A DNA stretch of 64,000 bases from an uncultured Planctomycetales bacterium (lineage in GTDB: Bacteria; Omnitrophota; Gorgyraeia; Zapsychrales; CAYRXT01), in the NCBI GenBank assembly GCA_964428315.1, contig CAYRXT010000009.1, forward strand, positions 4,514 through 68,513, given 5' to 3'. Below are positions 58,971 to 64,000 of the stretch, one piece after another (positions within the stretch are counted from its first letter, which is position 1; every line of letters begins with the position of its first letter). Position numbers and translations under genes: made by a program. The notes beneath the pieces were generated by a model, which was not told the DNA's origin, did no database searches, and saw only the letters and a list, made by a program, of their open reading frames with translations.

Positions 58971-60284
58971 ATGGGCAAAAAGGACATTAAGAGTCTGGTC
59001 AGTCAGCTCGTTCTTTCCAGCGACTTGGATAAGAAGGCCTCCTTTGCGAGAGACATTTTCTCGGAGGCCCTAGGGCTGGGCATCTACCCGAGCTCGGCGC
59101 AGCAGCTTTATAAAGCGTGCGCGGAGGGGAAATGCGGAGGGTTCACGGTCCCGGCCGTCAATCTGCGGATGCTGACTTTCGACGTGGCCAAGGCCGTATT
59201 CCGTGCGGCCAAGAAGAACCATGCCGGGGCATTCATGTTCGAAATCTCCAAGCCGGAGATGGACTATACCGGTCAATGCCCCCTTGAATTTACGGGTGCG
59301 TTGCTGGCCGCGGCGGTGGAGGAGAAATTTGAGGGGCCGGTTTTTATCCAGGGCGATCATGTTCAGGTAGGGGCGAGACGGTTTGCCCTTGATCCGGAGA
59401 AAGAGATGAAAGGGCTTAAAGATGTGATGGCCGGCGCCATGGAAGCGGGATTTTACAACATTGTAATGGATTTCACCAATCTGATCAGTCAGGACAACGT
59501 ATCCCGCAAGGAAAGGCAGAGACGCAATTTCGAGACCTGCGCCCTGATGACACGGTTCATCAGGCAGAACGAACCGTCGGGCATAAAGGTGTCCCTGGGA
59601 GCCGTCATCGGTGACATCGAAGGAATGAATGAGGCAGAAGAGACCCTGCGCGGTTTTATGGAGGGCTATTGGGAAGGCCTTCCGGCCGGCATGGACGGAC
59701 TGAGCAAAATCAGTGTTCAGGCAAAAGCGGCTTTTAAAAACGATATGATGCACAAGGTTAATCCGGCTGGAGGTCAGCTTAATTTTGAAGCGCTCGGCAG
59801 ATTGTCGGCCGTCGCCCGGAATACGTATTCTCTGGGAGGGCTGGTCCATGACGGCCTTCAGGCCCTGCCCATGAATGATTTCGGGAAATTCGTCGAGGCC
59901 AAGGTCCTTGAGGTGCGCCTGGCCACGCAGTTCCAGGATATGATTTTGGACAGTTCGTATTTCCCCAAGGATCTCAAGGAGAAGATGTATCTTTGGGTTA
60001 AAAAGACATGTCAAAAGGAGAGAAAAGAGGACCAGCCGGAAGACCAATTCCTTTGTCAGATGCGCAGGAAGTCGTTGGGATTCTTCAAGGAGGAACTCAT
60101 GAATTTGCCCGAAGAGATGAAGGAAAACCTGACCCAGGAGGTCGAGGCCCGGCTGGATTTCCTTTTTAAACAATTAAAGGTTCGGGACACAGCGCCTCTG
60201 GCAAGAAATTACGCGAAACCGGCGGAGGCCGGTCTCACGGGCTGCGTGAAGGCGTCCGCCTTAAATAGAAAAGACGAGACATAA
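58971..60284 (+). CDS. Class II fructose-bisphosphate aldolase-like protein, degenerate active site
   Basis: FTVPAVNLR, FEISK.EM.YT.Q.P, GPVFIQGDH, EAGFYNI, LSKISVQ, LATQFQ; follows pfkA. Confidence 0.78.
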   Translation: MGKKDIKSLVSQLVLSSDLDKKASFARDIFSEALGLGIYPSSAQQLYKACAEGKCGGFTVPAVNLRMLTFDVAKAVFRAAKKNHAGAFMFEISKPEMDYTGQCPLEFTGALLAAAVEEKFEGPVFIQGDHVQVGARRFALDPEKEMKGLKDVMAGAMEAGFYNIVMDFTNLISQDNVSRKERQRRNFETCALMTRFIRQNEPSGIKVSLGAVIGDIEGMNEAEETLRGFMEGYWEGLPAGMDGLSKISVQAKAAFKNDMMHKVNPAGGQLNFEALGRLSAVARNTYSLGGLVHDGLQALPMNDFGKFVEAKVLEVRLATQFQDMILDSSYFPKDLKEKMYLWVKKTCQKERKEDQPEDQFLCQMRRKSLGFFKEELMNLPEEMKENLTQEVEARLDFLFKQLKVRDTAPLARNYAKPAEAGLTGCVKASALNRKDET

Positions 60285-60317
60285 ACCGCCCAATACATTG
60301 AAAGGAAGGAAGTCATA

Positions 60318-61310
60318 ATGGCCAGGATATATTACGACCAGGACGCAGGCTTCGGTTGTCTGTCGGGAAAAACCATCGCCGTCATCGGTTACGGCATCCA
60401 GGGACGGGGCCAGGCCTTAAACCTGCGCGACAGCGGACTCAGCGTCATCGTGGCTCAGAGAGAGGGATCGGCCAATTACGAACAGGCCAGGAAAGACGGA
60501 TGGGATCCCGTCGACGCGAAGACGGCCGCCAAAAAGGCTGACATCATTCAGATCCTGACGCAGGACCATGTCCAGGCGCAGTTATACAAAAAGTCGATAG
60601 GGCGCTATCTTAAAGAAGGCAAGGCCCTGGTCTTTTCGCACGGATTCAACATTCATTTTAAGCAAATCGTCCCCCCTGAAACTGTGGATGTTTTTATGGT
60701 CGCCCCGAAAGGTCCCGGCGCTCTGGTGCGCCGTCAGTATGAGGAAGGCAAGGGTGTGCCCTGTCTGGTGGCGGTCCATCAGAACCCCTCGGGCAAGGCC
60801 CTGGATTACGCCCTGGCCTACGCCAAGGGCATCGGCGGGACGCGCGCCGGCGTCATCGAAACGACCTTCAAGGAGGAGACGGAGACGGACCTTTTCGGAG
60901 AGCAGGCCGTCCTCTGCGGCGGGACGAGCGAGCTTGTCAAGGCCGGCTTCGAGACGCTCGTGGAGGCCGGCTATCAGCCCGAGATCGCCTATTTTGAATG
61001 TCTGCACGAGTTAAAATTGATTGTCGATATCATTTATGAAGAAGGCATCCAGGGGATGCGCCGCCGGGTGTCTGACACGGCTGAATACGGCGACCTGACC
61101 CGGGGGAAGAAGGTCGTGAATGAAAAGACGCGCAAGGTGATGCAGAAGATCCTGGCGGACATCCAGTCCGGGAAATTCGCCCGTGAATGGATGCGCGAAA
61201 ATAAAAAGGGCCGCCCGAACATGTCCCAGCTCAGGGACGAGGCCGCGCGCCATCCGATCGAAGAGGTCGGACAGAGACTTCGCGGAATGATGCCGTGGAT
61301 GAAGAAGTAA
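60318..61310 (+). CDS. ilvC: Ketol-acid reductoisomerase
   Basis: [58 protein letters not shown]. Confidence 0.98.
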   Translation: MARIYYDQDAGFGCLSGKTIAVIGYGIQGRGQALNLRDSGLSVIVAQREGSANYEQARKDGWDPVDAKTAAKKADIIQILTQDHVQAQLYKKSIGRYLKEGKALVFSHGFNIHFKQIVPPETVDVFMVAPKGPGALVRRQYEEGKGVPCLVAVHQNPSGKALDYALAYAKGIGGTRAGVIETTFKEETETDLFGEQAVLCGGTSELVKAGFETLVEAGYQPEIAYFECLHELKLIVDIIYEEGIQGMRRRVSDTAEYGDLTRGKKVVNEKTRKVMQKILADIQSGKFAREWMRENKKGRPNMSQLRDEAARHPIEEVGQRLRGMMPWMKK

Positions 61311-61544
61311 GACCCATCGTCCTCGGGAAAATGGATGAGGACTCAGGATAAATTCCGCCTCAAACTTGCATCGTCGAAGACTCTGTAAGTTTGGGCGTCA
61401 TTTATGATGCCGTGGATGAAGAAGTAAGATCCTTCGTCCTCGGGAAAATGGATGAGGACTCAGGATAAATTCCGCCTCAAACTTACATCGTCGAAGACTC
61501 TGCAAGTTTGGGCGTCATTTATGATGCCGTGGATGAGAAAATAA
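61287..61544 (+). repeat. 117-bp tandem repeat (2 full copies plus 24 bp) starting in the last 24 nt of ilvC
   Basis: Units start at 61287, 61404 and 61521 with ATGATGCCGTGGATGA; copies 1 and 2 differ at 4 positions. Confidence 0.95.
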
Positions 61545-61545
61545 A

Positions 61546-61710
61546 GTCACCAGGTAACCAAGTCGCCAAGTCACCAAGTCATATGTGACACGGTGACCTT
61601 CTCCGATGTTTCTTTGGTTTGGAATAAGAAAAGAAGTCGGGGCCCCGAAGGCTATAAAAGCCTATAAAGATAACGTCGGGGGAAACTTGGTGTCCTTGTG
61701 CCTTGGTAAC
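61546..61710. repeat. Octamer tandem-repeat hairpin element
   Basis: GTCACCAG GTAACCAA GTCGCCAA GTCACCAA GTCATATG, with reverse-orientation units ACTTGGTGTCCTTGTGCCTTGGTAAC at about 61685-61710. Confidence 0.7.
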
Positions 61711-61716
61711 ATCGAT

Positions 61717-62352
61717 ATGTCGAACCACCCTTTAAAACTTCATCTGGGATGCGGGACAAAACGGATGGATGGCTGGGTCAACGTGGATGCCGTCAAGGCC
61801 TGCCATCCTGACCTTGTGCACGACCTTTGCGAGCCCCTGCCGTATCCGGATATGTCGGTCGATGTCATACTCGCCGAGGACATCCTGGAGCACTTCGACA
61901 AATATATGCGGTACATTGTTTTTTCGGATTGGGCCAGGGTCTTGAAAATCGGGGGCGAAATGACCCTCCAGGTTCCCAACTTTAAAAAGCTTCTTCTGCG
62001 GTTTTTCAAATTCGGGTTCGACAATTTCGTCGACATGGTTTACGGGGAAAACATGTGGCGGTCCGAGATCTATAACGGCCATTACGGCAACCACAAGTGG
62101 GGCTATTCCGCCCGGTCGCTGAACGCGTTCGTCGGTCTGTTCGGGATTGAATCGGATCAGGTCGACGAAAAGGGGCTTAATCTGCGTTTTACCGGACACA
62201 AGGTCCGCCACGTCCCGACGGAAGAGCTGGACGCGGCCGAGATCCCGTCCCATGCCAACAAGACCGGCGAGGGGAAAGACAGCCTGCCGGTGGGATTTGT
62301 CCGCGGCAGAATCAAAGAGTATCGTGAAGGAAGGACAGGAAGCCATGACTAA
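61717..62352 (+). CDS. Class I SAM-dependent methyltransferase
   Basis: KLHLGCG, GWVNVD, LPYPD.SVD.I, LEH, RVLK.GG...VPN. Confidence 0.85.
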   Translation: MSNHPLKLHLGCGTKRMDGWVNVDAVKACHPDLVHDLCEPLPYPDMSVDVILAEDILEHFDKYMRYIVFSDWARVLKIGGEMTLQVPNFKKLLLRFFKFGFDNFVDMVYGENMWRSEIYNGHYGNHKWGYSARSLNAFVGLFGIESDQVDEKGLNLRFTGHKVRHVPTEELDAAEIPSHANKTGEGKDSLPVGFVRGRIKEYREGRTGSHD

Positions 62353-63877
62353 AAAACCCTTATCCCGTCCGGAGAAGGTGCTAATTTTCGACACGACCCT
62401 GCGTGACGGCGAGCAGGCGCCGGGCGCGAGCATGAACGAAAAGGAAAAGCTGGAGATCGCCTTTGCCCTGGAGCGCATGGGTGTGGATATCATCGAGGCG
62501 GGTTTTCCGGTGATCTCCGAAGGGGATTTCGAATCGGTAAAGAACGTGGCCAGACATATCCGGACGTCGGTCGTCTGCGGTCTGGCCCGGTGCACCCGGA
62601 AAGATATCGACGCGGCCTGTGACGCCGTTAAAAAGGCGAAACGGGCGCGGGTCCATGTCTTTTTGGCCACCTCCAAGATCCACCGGGATTTTAAGCTCAA
62701 AAAGAACCCGGAAGAGATCCTGGACATGGGCGTCGAGGCGGTGAAGTACGCCAGGAAGAGGATCTCAGACATCGAGTTCTCTCCCGAAGACGCGACCAGG
62801 ACCGAGAAGGAATTCCTGTACCGGATCATCGAAGCGGTGATCAAGGCGGGCGCCCGGACGGTGAACATCCCGGACACGGTGGGTTATGCCATGCCCCATG
62901 AATACGGGCAGTTGATCGAAGACATCAAGAACAATGTCCCCAACATCAGCAAGGCGGTCATCTCGGTTCACTGCCATGATGACCTGGGCGTGGCCGTGGC
63001 CAATTCACTGGCGGCCGTCAAAAACGGGGCGCGGCAGGTCGAATGCACCATCAACGGCATCGGCGAGCGCGCGGGCAACGCCTCGATGGAAGAGATCGTC
63101 ATGGCACTGGCCACGCGCGGCGATTTTTACGGGTGCGGTTCAAAGATACGGACCCAGGAGATCTACCGGACCTCCCGTCTGGTCAGCCGCCTGACGGGTT
63201 TTGTCGTGCCTCCGAACAAGGCGATTGTCGGCGGGAACGCCTTCCGGCACGAGGCGGGGATCCATCAGGACGGGATCCTGAAAGAACGCTCGACTTACGA
63301 GATCATGCGGCCGGAGGACGTCGGCTTTGTGGGGACGGGGCTCGTCCTGGGGAAACATTCCGGCCGTCATGCCTTTAGTTCCCGTTTAAAAGCGCTGGGC
63401 TTCAATCTGGATCAGGACCAGATCGCCAGGGCTTTTGAACGCTTCAAACTGGTCGCCGACAAGAAGAAACAGGTCTTTAACGAGGATCTCGTGGCTATCG
63501 TCGAGGATGAGGTCAAACTGGTCGAAAAGGTGTGGCAGCTGACGTCCATGGCGACCCAAAGCGGGACAGATGTGGAGCCGCGGGCTACCGTTAAAATGAA
63601 ATCGGGAGGGGAGGTCCGCGAGGCGAACTCTTCCGGTGACGGCCAGATCGACGCCTGTTACAGGGCCGTAGACAAGATCACGAAGATGAAGGGCGAGCTC
63701 CTAGACTATTCGATCCATTCCGTGACGCGCGGCAAGGACGCCCTAGGCGAGGTCACGGTGAAGGTGAAGATCAAAGGCAAAAAGGTCATCGGCCACGGCG
63801 CGAGCACGGACATCATCGAGGCCTCGGCCAAGGCCTACATCAACGCCGTCAACAAGGTCCTGTCGCAGACCGCCTGA
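62345..63877 (+). CDS. leuA: 2-isopropylmalate synthase
   Basis: [50 protein letters not shown]-terminal regulatory domain. Confidence 0.97.
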   Translation: MTKKPLSRPEKVLIFDTTLRDGEQAPGASMNEKEKLEIAFALERMGVDIIEAGFPVISEGDFESVKNVARHIRTSVVCGLARCTRKDIDAACDAVKKAKRARVHVFLATSKIHRDFKLKKNPEEILDMGVEAVKYARKRISDIEFSPEDATRTEKEFLYRIIEAVIKAGARTVNIPDTVGYAMPHEYGQLIEDIKNNVPNISKAVISVHCHDDLGVAVANSLAAVKNGARQVECTINGIGERAGNASMEEIVMALATRGDFYGCGSKIRTQEIYRTSRLVSRLTGFVVPPNKAIVGGNAFRHEAGIHQDGILKERSTYEIMRPEDVGFVGTGLVLGKHSGRHAFSSRLKALGFNLDQDQIARAFERFKLVADKKKQVFNEDLVAIVEDEVKLVEKVWQLTSMATQSGTDVEPRATVKMKSGGEVREANSSGDGQIDACYRAVDKITKMKGELLDYSIHSVTRGKDALGEVTVKVKIKGKKVIGHGASTDIIEASAKAYINAVNKVLSQTA

Positions 63878-63883
63878 ATTTTT

Positions 63884-64000
63884 ATGGAAGAAGAGCGAAA
63901 CACCGTATACGGGCTTATCGGTTACCCTCTGGGGCACAGCCTCTCGCCGCTGATGCACAACACGGCCTTTGAGGCCCTCGGGGTCCCGGCCGTGTACAAG
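63884..64000 (+). CDS. aroE: Shikimate dehydrogenase (3' partial)
   Basis: Translated by eye: [39 protein letters not shown]. Confidence 0.9.
   Translation, partial: MEEERNTVYGLIGYPLGHSLSPLMHNTAFEALGVPAVYK

Noticed and set aside
61287-61544. CRISPR array (24-nt repeat x3)
   Set aside because: The intervening segments are 93 nt and nearly identical to each other, the repeat is ilvC coding sequence, and no cas genes are present.
61732-62877. 381-aa minus-strand ORF
   Set aside because: Antisense to the methyltransferase and leuA, both well supported on the + strand.

Overview
A 64-kb, mostly + strand bacterial chromosomal segment. A diderm organism is indicated by lpxB, msbA, AsmA and TolC; gene content and order resemble Candidatus Omnitrophota/PVC genomes (inference only). 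It carries RNA methyltransferases, metE, a CsoR-led metal-response remnant, an envelope thiol-redox cluster (CcdA, ScsB/DsbD plus redoxin, DsbA, DoxX), glucan enzymes (GH57/DUF3536, malQ, a GH161-like phosphorylase), a MoxR-DUF58-BatA-E operon, gnnA-like/lpxB/msbA, rpsB-tsf-pyrH-frr, three tRNAs, a PTS cluster, metK-ahcY, pfkA, an aldolase-like gene, ilvC, leuA and the start of aroE. No integrase, transposase, CRISPR array or rRNA was seen. The most unusual signals are non-coding. (1) A 117-bp structured unit is tandemly repeated at the ilvC 3' end; it re-creates the gene's last 24 nt and its own 3' end is complementary to that target. A comparable structured insert splits the moxR/DUF58 junction. 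(2) A nested-inverted-repeat MITE-like element lies in the PTS cluster. (3) Octamer and heptamer tandem-repeat hairpins occur at several sites. Several genes look eroded or catalytically degenerate: truncated TolC, internally deleted YyaL, short GH57, a transglutaminase with Cys->Ser and His->Tyr, an aldolase lacking His ligands, and an SNase-like protein. All family calls come from recalled motifs, not database searches.
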